Notes under the pieces: generated by a model
What the model saw: only the letters and a program-made list of their open reading frames with translations
Database searches by the model: none
What the model was told of the DNA's origin: nothing
Position numbers and translations under genes: made by a program
Part shown: positions 1 to 9,058 of the stretch, in pieces
How the letters are laid out: every line of letters starts with the position of its first letter
Numbering within the stretch: the first letter of the stretch is position 1
Assembly (NCBI GenBank): GCA_046582655.1
Contig: JAYGDX010000082.1
Span: forward strand, 27,586 to 91,585
From: Candidatus Poribacteria bacterium
GTDB taxonomy: Bacteria > Poribacteria > WGA-4E > UBA9662
Direction of reading: 5' to 3'
DNA length: 64,000 nt

Positions 1-1065
1 CCAATACTTGTTCATGTTTTGACGACGAAAGGCAAGGGTTTCTCCTATGCTGAAAAGGACCCGGAAGAGTTCTATGCGGTCAGCACACAATTCGATCCCC
101 AAACCGGAAAACCCTTTATCGCTCAGCCATCGACACCAACATACACCGATGTTTTTAGCCGTACACTGATCAACCTTGCTGAAAAGGATTCACGCATAGT
201 TGGTATTACAGCGGCTATGGCGGGGGGAACGGGATTAGATAAATTTAGGGAAAAATTTCCTGATCGTTTTTTTGACGTTGGTTTAGCAGAACAATGCGCA
301 GTGACTTACGGAGCTGGACTTGCCACTGAAGGAATAAAACCTGTGGTTGCAATCTATTCGACATTTCTACAGCGTGCTTACGACCAGGTATTACATGACG
401 TTTGCATTCAGAACCTACCTGTCATTTTCTCATTGGATAGAGCGGGACTTGTTGGTGCTGATGGCCCAACACATCATGGTGTTTTTGACTTTGCATATTT
501 GCGATCTATCCCAAATATAATTGTTATGGCTCCCAAAGATGAAAACGAACTCCAACATATGGTTAAGACCGCAGTCAACTATGAAAAAGGGCCAATTGCG
601 TTCCGTTACCCACGTGGAGCAGGGGTCGGAGTCCCATTAGATGAAGTGCTTGAATCACTACCAATAGGTAAAGCAGAAGTGCTTTTGGAAGGTGACGATT
701 TGTTAGTTGTAGCAGTTGGCAACAGAGTTCACCCCGCGCTTGAAGCGGCCGCTGTTCTGTCCGATTCGGGAATCTCAGCTACGATAATTAACGCTCGATT
801 TATAAAGCCACTCGACAAAGAGCTAATTTGTTCCTATGCAGACCAGATTGGTCGCGTTATCACTGTTGAAGATCATACCCTGGATGGTGGGTTCGGTTCA
901 GCTGTCCTTGAAACACTATCAACACATGGAATTCTGGCGAGAGTCAAACGTCTTGGGATTCCAAACAGATTTGTTCAACATGGCGATGTGAAAACGTTGT
1001 ATAACCTCTGTGGCTATGATGAAGAAGCCATCATCAATGCAGGAGTTAAAATTTGTGAAAAGTGA
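1..1065 (+). CDS. dxs: 1-deoxy-D-xylulose-5-phosphate synthase, C-terminal part (5' end outside window)
   Basis: Frame is open from base 1 ([13 protein letters not shown]). Motifs [41 protein letters not shown] and RYPRG. Confidence 0.95.
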   Translation, partial: PILVHVLTTKGKGFSYAEKDPEEFYAVSTQFDPQTGKPFIAQPSTPTYTDVFSRTLINLAEKDSRIVGITAAMAGGTGLDKFREKFPDRFFDVGLAEQCAVTYGAGLATEGIKPVVAIYSTFLQRAYDQVLHDVCIQNLPVIFSLDRAGLVGADGPTHHGVFDFAYLRSIPNIIVMAPKDENELQHMVKTAVNYEKGPIAFRYPRGAGVGVPLDEVLESLPIGKAEVLLEGDDLLVVAVGNRVHPALEAAAVLSDSGISATIINARFIKPLDKELICSYADQIGRVITVEDHTLDGGFGSAVLETLSTHGILARVKRLGIPNRFVQHGDVKTLYNLCGYDEEAIINAGVKICEK

Positions 1066-1076
1066 GGCAAAATACC

Positions 1077-1844
1077 ATGGCTGAGTCTCAAATTGCAGCG
1101 CAACTTTATACGTTACGTGATTTCATCCAGACACCGGATGATATTGCAAAGACGATGAAAAGGGTAAAAGAAATTGGTTATGATGCTGTACAATGCTCGG
1201 CACTAGGACCAATTTCCCCCGAAGAACTAAAACAAATTGTCAATGGAGAAGGGTTAAAAATATGTGCCACGCATTCGAGTTACCACCGCATGCGTGATGA
1301 ACCACAGGCTGTTATTGACGAACATCAACTTTGGGAATGTAAACATGCGGCTATTGGCGGATTACCTGCCGAATATCGTACTGGGGTAGAAGGATATACT
1401 GGATTTGCTCGGGAAGCTTCAGTAGTGGCAAAACGCCTGGCAGCAGGAGGCTTAGTCTTTTCCTACCACAATCATAGCTTTGAGCTGGAGAAATTCGGTG
1501 ATCGCATAGCATTGAAAATTCTGTATGAGGATAGCGATCCTGAATATTTTCATAGTGAAATAGATACATACTGGATTGCTCACGGTGGGGGTGATCCGGC
1601 AGAATGGATTCGGAGCCTGAAAGGTCGTGCTTCCATTGTCCATTTCAAAGATATGACGATGAAGGGAAACACACAAATTATGGCTGAGGTTGGTGAAGGA
1701 AACCTGAATTGGCCTGCGATTATTTCTGCCTGCAAACAAGCTGGTACTGAATGGTATATCATCGAACAGGATACCTGCCAACGCAATCCGTTTGACAGCC
1801 TCGCAATCAGTTTTAATAATTTGAGACAGATGGGTATCCGTTAA
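1077..1844 (+). CDS. Sugar phosphate isomerase/epimerase (xylose isomerase-like TIM barrel)
   Basis: AQLYTLRD, YHNHSFE, EIDTYW, HFKD, GEGNLNW and IEQD motifs. ATG at 1077 preferred over GTG at 1062. Confidence 0.85.
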   Translation: MAESQIAAQLYTLRDFIQTPDDIAKTMKRVKEIGYDAVQCSALGPISPEELKQIVNGEGLKICATHSSYHRMRDEPQAVIDEHQLWECKHAAIGGLPAEYRTGVEGYTGFAREASVVAKRLAAGGLVFSYHNHSFELEKFGDRIALKILYEDSDPEYFHSEIDTYWIAHGGGDPAEWIRSLKGRASIVHFKDMTMKGNTQIMAEVGEGNLNWPAIISACKQAGTEWYIIEQDTCQRNPFDSLAISFNNLRQMGIR

Positions 1845-1922
1845 GCTTGTGTATGTGTAGAGGTACTTTCAACAATTCGATATACTTTGAAAATATCAGT
1901 AACATCAGTGGGGATAGGTTCC

Positions 1923-2627
1923 ATGGTAAAGCTGTCTGTTATCATTCCCGCTTTCAACGAAGATCGGACGATTCGCAATGTCGTTCAGGCTGTTAGAACC
2001 TCAGTCCAAATTGAAAAAGAGATTATCATTGTTAACGATGGGTCTACCGACCGAACCTTCGAAATTCTTGAGGACTTGCGTAGAGATCCGGAAATTAAAG
2101 TCATCCATCAACAGCAGAATCGTGGCAAGGGCTACGCCATACGCCTTGGACTTTCACAAGCTGCTGGTGAATATGTCGTCATCCAAGATGCCGACATGGA
2201 AGTTGATCCATCGGACTTACCTGCCATCCTAAAACCCTTACTGGATAAATCAAGCCAGATCGTTTATGGATCTCGTTTTATTAACGGTCGAAATAATTCC
2301 ACATTAGTGAGTTACATTGCGAATTATTTGCTGGCTCATCTCGTAAACCTACTCTATAACACGCGGATTACGGACGAATCTACCGGCTACAAAGCCTTTA
2401 CGTCTAGTCTAATCAAAAGTGTAGATCTACAATGCGAGGGTTTTGAGTTTTGTGCTGAGGTAACAGCAAAGGTTCTTCAGATGCAACATCATATTCATGA
2501 AGTTCCAATCTCCTATTTCCCACGCAAGAAAAATGAGGGTAAAAAACTTCGCTTTTGGCGAGATGGATTGACAGCCGTCTGGATATTGATCAAATATCGC
2601 TTTAAAAGAACACACTACAATGAGTAA
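1923..2627 (+). CDS. Glycosyltransferase family 2 (DPM1-like)
   Basis: LSVIIPAFNE, VNDGSTD, NRGKG, QDADMEVDP and YGSRF motifs. Start taken at MVKLSV. Confidence 0.9.
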   Translation: MVKLSVIIPAFNEDRTIRNVVQAVRTSVQIEKEIIIVNDGSTDRTFEILEDLRRDPEIKVIHQQQNRGKGYAIRLGLSQAAGEYVVIQDADMEVDPSDLPAILKPLLDKSSQIVYGSRFINGRNNSTLVSYIANYLLAHLVNLLYNTRITDESTGYKAFTSSLIKSVDLQCEGFEFCAEVTAKVLQMQHHIHEVPISYFPRKKNEGKKLRFWRDGLTAVWILIKYRFKRTHYNE

Positions 2628-4494
2628 AAAATCGTTTTTAAAGGAATTAGACGATCGAATTCTTGTTTGTGATGGTGCGTTTGGCACCCAACTTCGCAAG
2701 CGAATTCCTTCTCATGTTACGTGTCTTGACGCATGCAATATTGATTCAGACTACCTGTATATTGTCCAAAACATTCATCGAGAATACAAAGCTGCCGGCG
2801 CTGACATCATCCAGACGAATACCTTTGGTGCCAACGCCAAGAAGCTGGAGTTTCATGGACTTGATGAGCAAGTTGAGGAGATTAACTCCGCCGGAGCTTG
2901 GCTGGCTCGAGAAGTGGCGGCCGAGGACGTTTTCGTTGCCGGATCTGTTGGTCCGATTGAATCCAGCCCTTTTAGCCATGAATTCTCAGCTGAAGAAGTT
3001 AGTAGAGCTTTTAAGGGGCAAATGGAGGCACTCGTTGAAAGTGGGGTAGATCTCATAATGCTAGAAACCTTTACGGACAGCAGAGAGGTTGAAATTGCGA
3101 CACAACTTGCGTTGACTTATGATTTACCGGTTGTTGTACAAATCCGCGGTATGTCCAGAGGGAAGTTAAGCGATGGTACAGATATATGCGTGTTCGCCCG
3201 TCAGATGGAAAATCTTGGTGTTGCAGCTGCTGGAATAAATGATAGGTCTCCACACGAAGTTACCGAAATTCTTAAAAGGTTGGCAAAGGTAGTTAGTCTA
3301 CCAATTATAGTACAGCCGGATGCCGGTGCGCCAAGAATCAGCCAAGGAAAGTTACTGGCAGAAGAATACACTGTTGCAGCTCACCTGTACGGTGAGTACG
3401 TGAGCAGCTTTGTTAAGTTAGGTGCAAACATTATTGGTGGTTGTTGCGGTACTACTCCAGAACATATTCAACAAGTAAAGTTGATAACCGAAGGCATCCC
3501 ACCGGCTGAACGGGAAAAGCAGGTTTTCGTTTTTGAAGACGTACCCAAACCCTTTAAAGCGGAGTTTCATGACAATCCAATTCAACAGATCTTCGATGAA
3601 AAGGACGCGATCATCAGTGTCGAGATGCGTGCCAAAACCTTCACACAGTTTTCGGCTATGATCCGCGAATCAAAAAATCTAGCCAAGGCTAGGATAGATC
3701 TCTTTGATGTTCCCGACAATGCTGGTGCAACCGTCAATATTGGCGCGATTGGCACAGCATTTCGATTACAACAGGAAACCAGCATTCCAACGATCATTCA
3801 CTGGACGACACGCCAGCGTAATTTAATTAGTACCCAGTCACATCTGTTAGAAGCATGGGCTTTGGGTATTGAGGGCATTTTGGCGCTATCTGGAGATCAT
3901 CCTAAGGTTGGACGATTTGAGACGGCTAGAATTGTAACTGATTTGAAAGGATCTGTTCAACTAATCGAATTAATTACTCGGCTCAATAACAATCAACTTA
4001 TCAATGGGACATCGATTGGTGAACCTTGTAATTTTCATATTGGAGCGGGATTCAACATTGCTGAAAACCTGGAAAATCAGGTTAAACACCTGACTCAGAA
4101 AGTTGAAAATGGTGCTCAGTTTGTCTACACGCAACCAGTTTATACGCTTGATGATATTGAAAGAGCCCATGAAGCGACCAAGCACCTTGGGGTGAAAATA
4201 CTGTACGGTATCTTGCCAATCACGACTCCACGCAGTATTCCTTTTCTGCGTGATAATTTAGGAATCTACATACCACGTTCAATTGTTGAGCAGTTCAGCG
4301 AGACAAGTGATGCGATGTCAACGCGTTTCGGCTTAGAGATGATTAACAACTTTGCCTGTAACCTACGCCAACAGAATCGAGTCCCCATTGATGGGATATA
4401 TATCATCCCGCCATCAAACATTAACTGGAAAAACAAACGGAAAGCTGTTATTGATATTATTGAGGCTTATCGAGGTCAAATCGCTGCCGAATAA
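2620..4494 (+). CDS. Bifunctional homocysteine S-methyltransferase / methylenetetrahydrofolate reductase (YitJ-like)
   Basis: N-terminal DGAFGT, AGADIIQTNTFGAN and GGCCGT. C-terminal MTHFR-like region with ILALSGD and GAQFVYTQPVY. Confidence 0.88.
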   Translation: MSKKSFLKELDDRILVCDGAFGTQLRKRIPSHVTCLDACNIDSDYLYIVQNIHREYKAAGADIIQTNTFGANAKKLEFHGLDEQVEEINSAGAWLAREVAAEDVFVAGSVGPIESSPFSHEFSAEEVSRAFKGQMEALVESGVDLIMLETFTDSREVEIATQLALTYDLPVVVQIRGMSRGKLSDGTDICVFARQMENLGVAAAGINDRSPHEVTEILKRLAKVVSLPIIVQPDAGAPRISQGKLLAEEYTVAAHLYGEYVSSFVKLGANIIGGCCGTTPEHIQQVKLITEGIPPAEREKQVFVFEDVPKPFKAEFHDNPIQQIFDEKDAIISVEMRAKTFTQFSAMIRESKNLAKARIDLFDVPDNAGATVNIGAIGTAFRLQQETSIPTIIHWTTRQRNLISTQSHLLEAWALGIEGILALSGDHPKVGRFETARIVTDLKGSVQLIELITRLNNNQLINGTSIGEPCNFHIGAGFNIAENLENQVKHLTQKVENGAQFVYTQPVYTLDDIERAHEATKHLGVKILYGILPITTPRSIPFLRDNLGIYIPRSIVEQFSETSDAMSTRFGLEMINNFACNLRQQNRVPIDGIYIIPPSNINWKNKRKAVIDIIEAYRGQIAAE

Positions 4495-5636
4495 ATATCG
4501 ATCATATCCTGTAAAGTGCAAACACGCGGATTTAGTTGGTGACAAACGTCCTGAATCGCTTGTTCTGCTAAAACCGGAATCTGGTTGGCTTCCACTCCCA
4601 CTTGGCTCAAATTTTGTGGAATACCGACATCCTGACACAGCATTAACACCTGATCAATTGCTGCCTGCGCACCTTCTTCCAGAGACAGGCTTCCTGTCTC
4701 CACCCCCAGTGCTGAAGCAACGTCCACAAGTCGGTCAGCAGAGACTTGACGGTTAAAATCCATCGCATGAGGTAACACAATCGCATTGGCCAGGCCGTGA
4801 TGAAGTCCCGAAACTGTTGATAATGGATGAGCCAGTGAATGGGTAACACCGAGTCCTTTCTGGAACGCAATAGCACCCATCATGGCAGCAACTAACATGT
4901 TTCCACGGGCTTCTAGATCTGTCCCGTCTTCAACTGCGCGGCGCAGGTTTTCAGACACAAGTTTCATTCCTTCCAACGCGATACCATCACAAATCGGATG
5001 GAAGTTTTTTGCTAAGTACGCCTCAAGATTATGTGTTAGAGCATCCATACCAGTTGCGGCAGTCAACCCACGGGGCAATCCAACAGTAAGTTCCGGATCG
5101 GCAATAACCACTTTAGCTAGCAGGTGAGGACTAAAGATAACGGTTTTTCGCCCACTTGATTCAAGTGTTACAACAGCACTCCGGCCAACTTCGCTTCCTG
5201 TTCCAGCAGCGGTTGGTATTGCCATGAAATCGGGTAGATTGGAAGAGATTTTCTTATGGCCGCCTATGGAATCTTCATACTCCTCTAAAGGTAATTCGTG
5301 CGTCGACTTGAGACAAATAAGCTTAGCGATGTCCAGAGGGCTACCCCCACCAATACCAATCACAAAATCACATACATTATTCGTATACACTTTAACGCCA
5401 TCATAAACATCCTGCTCAATGGGATTCCCTTGCACACCATCGTATATCGCGTATTGAACTCCAGCAATCTCAAGCTGTTGAGTAACAATGTCAATCAGTC
5501 CAGCTTGAAGAAGTCCCTTATCAGCAACAATCAAGGCTTTTTTAATCTGAAACTTGGATAGTTCTTTCGGAATGGTTTGGATGGTACCATTTCCGAAGAC
5601 AATATGTGTTGGAAAGGTAAAAATTGCTTTTTTCAT
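4476..5636 (-). CDS. Iron-containing alcohol dehydrogenase
   Basis: GGGSPLD, PTAAGTGSE, GMDALTHNLE, HSLAH and HGLANA motifs. Confidence 0.92.
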   Translation of the reverse strand: MKKAIFTFPTHIVFGNGTIQTIPKELSKFQIKKALIVADKGLLQAGLIDIVTQQLEIAGVQYAIYDGVQGNPIEQDVYDGVKVYTNNVCDFVIGIGGGSPLDIAKLICLKSTHELPLEEYEDSIGGHKKISSNLPDFMAIPTAAGTGSEVGRSAVVTLESSGRKTVIFSPHLLAKVVIADPELTVGLPRGLTAATGMDALTHNLEAYLAKNFHPICDGIALEGMKLVSENLRRAVEDGTDLEARGNMLVAAMMGAIAFQKGLGVTHSLAHPLSTVSGLHHGLANAIVLPHAMDFNRQVSADRLVDVASALGVETGSLSLEEGAQAAIDQVLMLCQDVGIPQNLSQVGVEANQIPVLAEQAIQDVCHQLNPRVCTLQDMIDIYSAAI

Positions 5637-5653
5637 CTTAGCGTAAATTCCTT

Positions 5654-5682
5654 TTGACAGGCTATAAGTGCAATGCTATAAT
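5654..5682 (+). promoter_or_regulatory. Consensus sigma70 promoter upstream of the FNR gene
   Basis: TTGACA-17 nt-TATAAT with an extended -10 (TGcTATAAT), in the divergent intergenic region. Confidence 0.75.
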
Positions 5683-5827
5683 TTGAAATCGCTCTAATTA
5701 GACTACTATTGTGTTGCAAAAGTGCGTCTACCTTGAATACCGAAAAACCTGCCAATCCCAGCTAGTTTTTTTGAATCTGACGTTCAAAAGTTGGGAATTA
5801 GCAATTCATAAATGAAAAAGGTAAGTT

Positions 5828-6820
5828 GTGTTCAGATCCCTAAGCAGGCCTGATGACCTGCAACTTGGTCCCGTACCAGAAATTGCAATCAACTTATATA
5901 ATAAAAAGAAAACATTTGTAGCAAAGGTTGTCGACAAATATCGGATTTCGCATACATCCAGTCCAAACCATTGCTGGCACGTCATTCTGGACATTAGGGA
6001 CAGTGAAATGGCAGGTAAATATCGCGTTGGTCAAAGCCTCGGAGTTTTTCCTGACGGACGATTTAATAATCACGAGTTTAATTATGTTCACCAGTCGTTA
6101 ACAAATCAAGTCCGTTTATATTCAATTGCTTCGGCATGCTGGGGGGATGACTGGCATGGAAATACTGTCTCTCTTTGCGTAAAACGCGAACTTAACGAAG
6201 ATGCCGAAACAGGTGAACTGGTTATGGGCTCTACATCAAACTTCATATGTGACGTCCAACTTGGCAACTCAATTGACATCACGGGGCCTGTTGGTAAATC
6301 GTTCCTTTTGCCTGAAGATCCGCTTAATTATCACTATGTGCTGGTAGCAACGGGGACTGGAATTGCTCCCTACCGTGGAATGATTGTCGAACTATTTAAT
6401 CAGGGTTTTGAAGGAGAAGTGTGGCTCATTTTCGGCGTTCCATACTCCACTGATATTATGTACGATGATGCTTTTTCCCATTTTGCTGAAAGACATCCTA
6501 ACTTTCATTACCACACAGCGATAAGCCGAGAAACACGAAACGCAAAGGGAGGAAGATTTTACGTTCAAGATGCGTTAGAGGAAAATCAGGATCAACTTGC
6601 GCCGCTTTTAGAAAAACCGAACTGTTTGATGTACCTCTGTGGATTAAAGGGCATGGAATACGGTATTTATCCATGGTTGTACCGAATCAAATCCAACTTA
6701 GTATCGCTCCCTGATGACATCACACTTGATCAAATAGAGAACCTGCCACGCAATGCTAGGGAATGGACTCGTATAGAACGCGCACGAGACAAGAACCGCC
6801 TGCTGAAAGAAACGTATTAG
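5828..6820 (+). CDS. Ferredoxin-NADP(+) reductase, plant-type (PetH/BoxA-reductase-like)
   Basis: RLYSIAS, ITGPVGK, ATGTGIAPYRG and YLCGLKGM motifs; terminal ETY. Confidence 0.88.
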   Translation: MFRSLSRPDDLQLGPVPEIAINLYNKKKTFVAKVVDKYRISHTSSPNHCWHVILDIRDSEMAGKYRVGQSLGVFPDGRFNNHEFNYVHQSLTNQVRLYSIASACWGDDWHGNTVSLCVKRELNEDAETGELVMGSTSNFICDVQLGNSIDITGPVGKSFLLPEDPLNYHYVLVATGTGIAPYRGMIVELFNQGFEGEVWLIFGVPYSTDIMYDDAFSHFAERHPNFHYHTAISRETRNAKGGRFYVQDALEENQDQLAPLLEKPNCLMYLCGLKGMEYGIYPWLYRIKSNLVSLPDDITLDQIENLPRNAREWTRIERARDKNRLLKETY

Positions 6821-6823
6821 TTG

Positions 6824-7627
6824 TCAACCAACTTCCTCCCCATCTAATCTGCCAACTCGTAGGTCAACCTCATCTCTAGCTTCGATTTTATCAACTCTTC
6901 CATCTTCCATATGAAAAATGCGATCAGAGACATCAAGCATCTTCGTGTCGTGTGTTGCAGTGATAATTGTTACTTGTTGCTCAGAGTTAAGCCCTTTTAG
7001 CAGGTTAATGATGTCGAGGCCGGTGTGAGTATCCAAGTTTCCTGTTGGTTCATCAGCTAGCACAATGGCGGGGTCGTTTGCGAAGGATCTAGCGATAGCC
7101 ACACGTTGCTGCTGACCTCCAGAGAGTTCCAAAGGTTTATGTTGGACTCGGTCACCAAGTCCAACCAAGGAAAGTAGATGTACCGCTTTGTCACGGCTAT
7201 CATCTGCCGTCATCCCGCCAAAGATCATTGGCAAGGAAACATTCTCCAGTGCTGTCATAACCGGTATCAGGTTGAACGACTGAAAGATATAACCGATTTT
7301 TCGGCACCGCAGCCAGGCAAGTTCATAGGCATCGAGTTGAGCGATATCGACCTCATCAATGTAGACACGACCTTCAGTTGGTTTATCAAGGCCGCCAATC
7401 ATATTAAATAGAGTTGATTTTCCGGATCCAGACGGGCCCATGATTGAAACGTACTCACCGCGCTGAATTTCAAAGTTTACACCCCTTAACGCTTGAACAT
7501 CATTACTTCCCATCTCGTATTTTTTAATAAGGTTACGGACCCGAACCGTATTTTCTATCGGCAGTTGGTCTTTAAACTTGGCTGGCGACTCTATTGGGGC
7601 TGGTGCTGTTGGCTGATTCTGCAGCAT
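6824..7627 (-). CDS. ABC transporter ATP-binding protein, LolD/MacB type
   Basis: Walker A GPSGSGKST, IGYIFQSFNL, LSGGQQQRVAIAR and LADEPTGNLD. ATG 7627 follows an AAGGAGAG RBS. Confidence 0.93.
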   Translation of the reverse strand: MLQNQPTAPAPIESPAKFKDQLPIENTVRVRNLIKKYEMGSNDVQALRGVNFEIQRGEYVSIMGPSGSGKSTLFNMIGGLDKPTEGRVYIDEVDIAQLDAYELAWLRCRKIGYIFQSFNLIPVMTALENVSLPMIFGGMTADDSRDKAVHLLSLVGLGDRVQHKPLELSGGQQQRVAIARSFANDPAIVLADEPTGNLDTHTGLDIINLLKGLNSEQQVTIITATHDTKMLDVSDRIFHMEDGRVDKIEARDEVDLRVGRLDGEEVG

Positions 7628-8081
7628 TGGTCTCTCCTTCTCCGTTCTCTCTTTCCTGATCTGTTGGCTGTTTATCCGTTTTCCGATTTTGCGGCACGGC
7701 AAAGGCAATAATTCCACGCTTACCAAGTGTCTGCATATAACTGAAAAGCGAGGTTTCAGCCTCTTTCCGCGTCATTTTGTATCTATCACGCAAGCTTTTA
7801 ACTATCTGCTTGATGGAGTGATGTCCATCGCAAAGTTGCCACACAAGCGATCCAACCTCGTCCAAGACAACGATTCGCTTGGGTGGAAGTTTAAAAATCC
7901 TGGCCATGATCCTCAACCACTTCTTGTGCGTCTGTGGAATTTTCAATACTACTTCACTACGATCGTCCACCTCCCAATCAATGAGTTGGTTTCTAAGTGG
8001 GTGCATGCCAACCAGTGTCTCTTTATCGGGAGTAGGCGGTCGCTTCTTTAACTTAAGTTTATAAAGAATTCTGTTCAGCAT
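7572..8081 (-). CDS. Stand-alone PqqD-family (RRE-like) protein
   Basis: LDEVGSLVWQLCDGHHSIKQIVKSLRDRY...FSYMQTLGKRGII matches the PqqD winged-helix pattern. Confidence 0.8.
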   Translation of the reverse strand: MLNRILYKLKLKKRPPTPDKETLVGMHPLRNQLIDWEVDDRSEVVLKIPQTHKKWLRIMARIFKLPPKRIVVLDEVGSLVWQLCDGHHSIKQIVKSLRDRYKMTRKEAETSLFSYMQTLGKRGIIAFAVPQNRKTDKQPTDQERENGEGETNAAESANSTSPNRVASQV

Positions 8082-8094
8082 TGATCAAAAAACC

Positions 8095-9051
8095 TCAATT
8101 GTGCATGGCAATGCTATCAGCAACAAGTTTTGCGGTTTCGACAGCGTCAGTTTTCGATACAACCTGTATCACATAAATTCGGTTCGATTCATAACAGTGC
8201 CGAATATGAGCCACAAAGCACTTCCTTTTCCTGATCTGATTCGCCAATTGAACGCTGCGGATAGGAATATTGTCTGTAACGCGTGTTTCCTCACCGCTGA
8301 GAATCAAGTGTTCAACTCCATCCTGATCCATCGACTCGATCTGAAAACCAAACCCACGAATGGCCTTCTTGTACTTGGTTCGAAACCAATCTTCAAGTGT
8401 TTGATCTTTCAACAACACATCTGCAAGACCATAACGCTCGATACTCAGACGGCGTTTTCGATCAGTGAATGAACCTGGATTGACAAAGGAAAAAAGCAAG
8501 TACCCAGAAAGTAACTGATGTTTATCCAGCCGATAATCCTTGGGCACCTCAACGTGCAGATTGTAGGCGGTCCACATAAGTTTCTGATCATCTGGTTCAA
8601 TCTGTACAGAGGTAAAGATCTCTTCAGTAATAGCCCGAATATTCTGATTCGGTTTGCCCATTACTTGTATCAATGTAATACGCCGCGTTGCCGGGCAAAA
8701 GAAGATCAGGCCATTGGCTTGTATTTCCCCCTTCCATGTAAAGAAAACCAGATCGTAACCATCGAAAAAAGCATCATCTTTAATCAGATTGACATTACGC
8801 TTAATTTGCAGATCTTGCTTCGTCTTCTTGTAGGTCTTTCGAATAATCTTGAAGTAATCATCAAGAACTGCGTGTAAATCGGGGTTACGACGTTTCGATT
8901 TGGCGACAGACCATTTCAGCTCCAGACGAGGCATGAACTCGTCTTCCAACCTTAAATACCCTTCATTCTGATCGCCAGACAAGCCACTGATCTCCCACTC
9001 CTCGGGGAGTTCAGCCACAATTCCTGCCCAACCAAATTTCATCCATTTCAT
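8095..9051 (-). CDS. Hypothetical soluble protein with two similar domains
   Basis: Long ORF inside the operon (open to 9075). Repeated pattern FGWAGIVAELPEEW / WTAYNLHVEVPKDY. No signal peptide. Confidence 0.75.
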   Translation of the reverse strand: MKWMKFGWAGIVAELPEEWEISGLSGDQNEGYLRLEDEFMPRLELKWSVAKSKRRNPDLHAVLDDYFKIIRKTYKKTKQDLQIKRNVNLIKDDAFFDGYDLVFFTWKGEIQANGLIFFCPATRRITLIQVMGKPNQNIRAITEEIFTSVQIEPDDQKLMWTAYNLHVEVPKDYRLDKHQLLSGYLLFSFVNPGSFTDRKRRLSIERYGLADVLLKDQTLEDWFRTKYKKAIRGFGFQIESMDQDGVEHLILSGEETRVTDNIPIRSVQLANQIRKRKCFVAHIRHCYESNRIYVIQVVSKTDAVETAKLVADSIAMHN

Positions 9052-9058
9052 GGCCGTT

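Noticed and set aside
7628..7726. N-terminal extension of the ABC ATPase given by the ORF track
   Set aside because: It lies wholly within the PqqD gene, and a strong RBS precedes ATG 7627.
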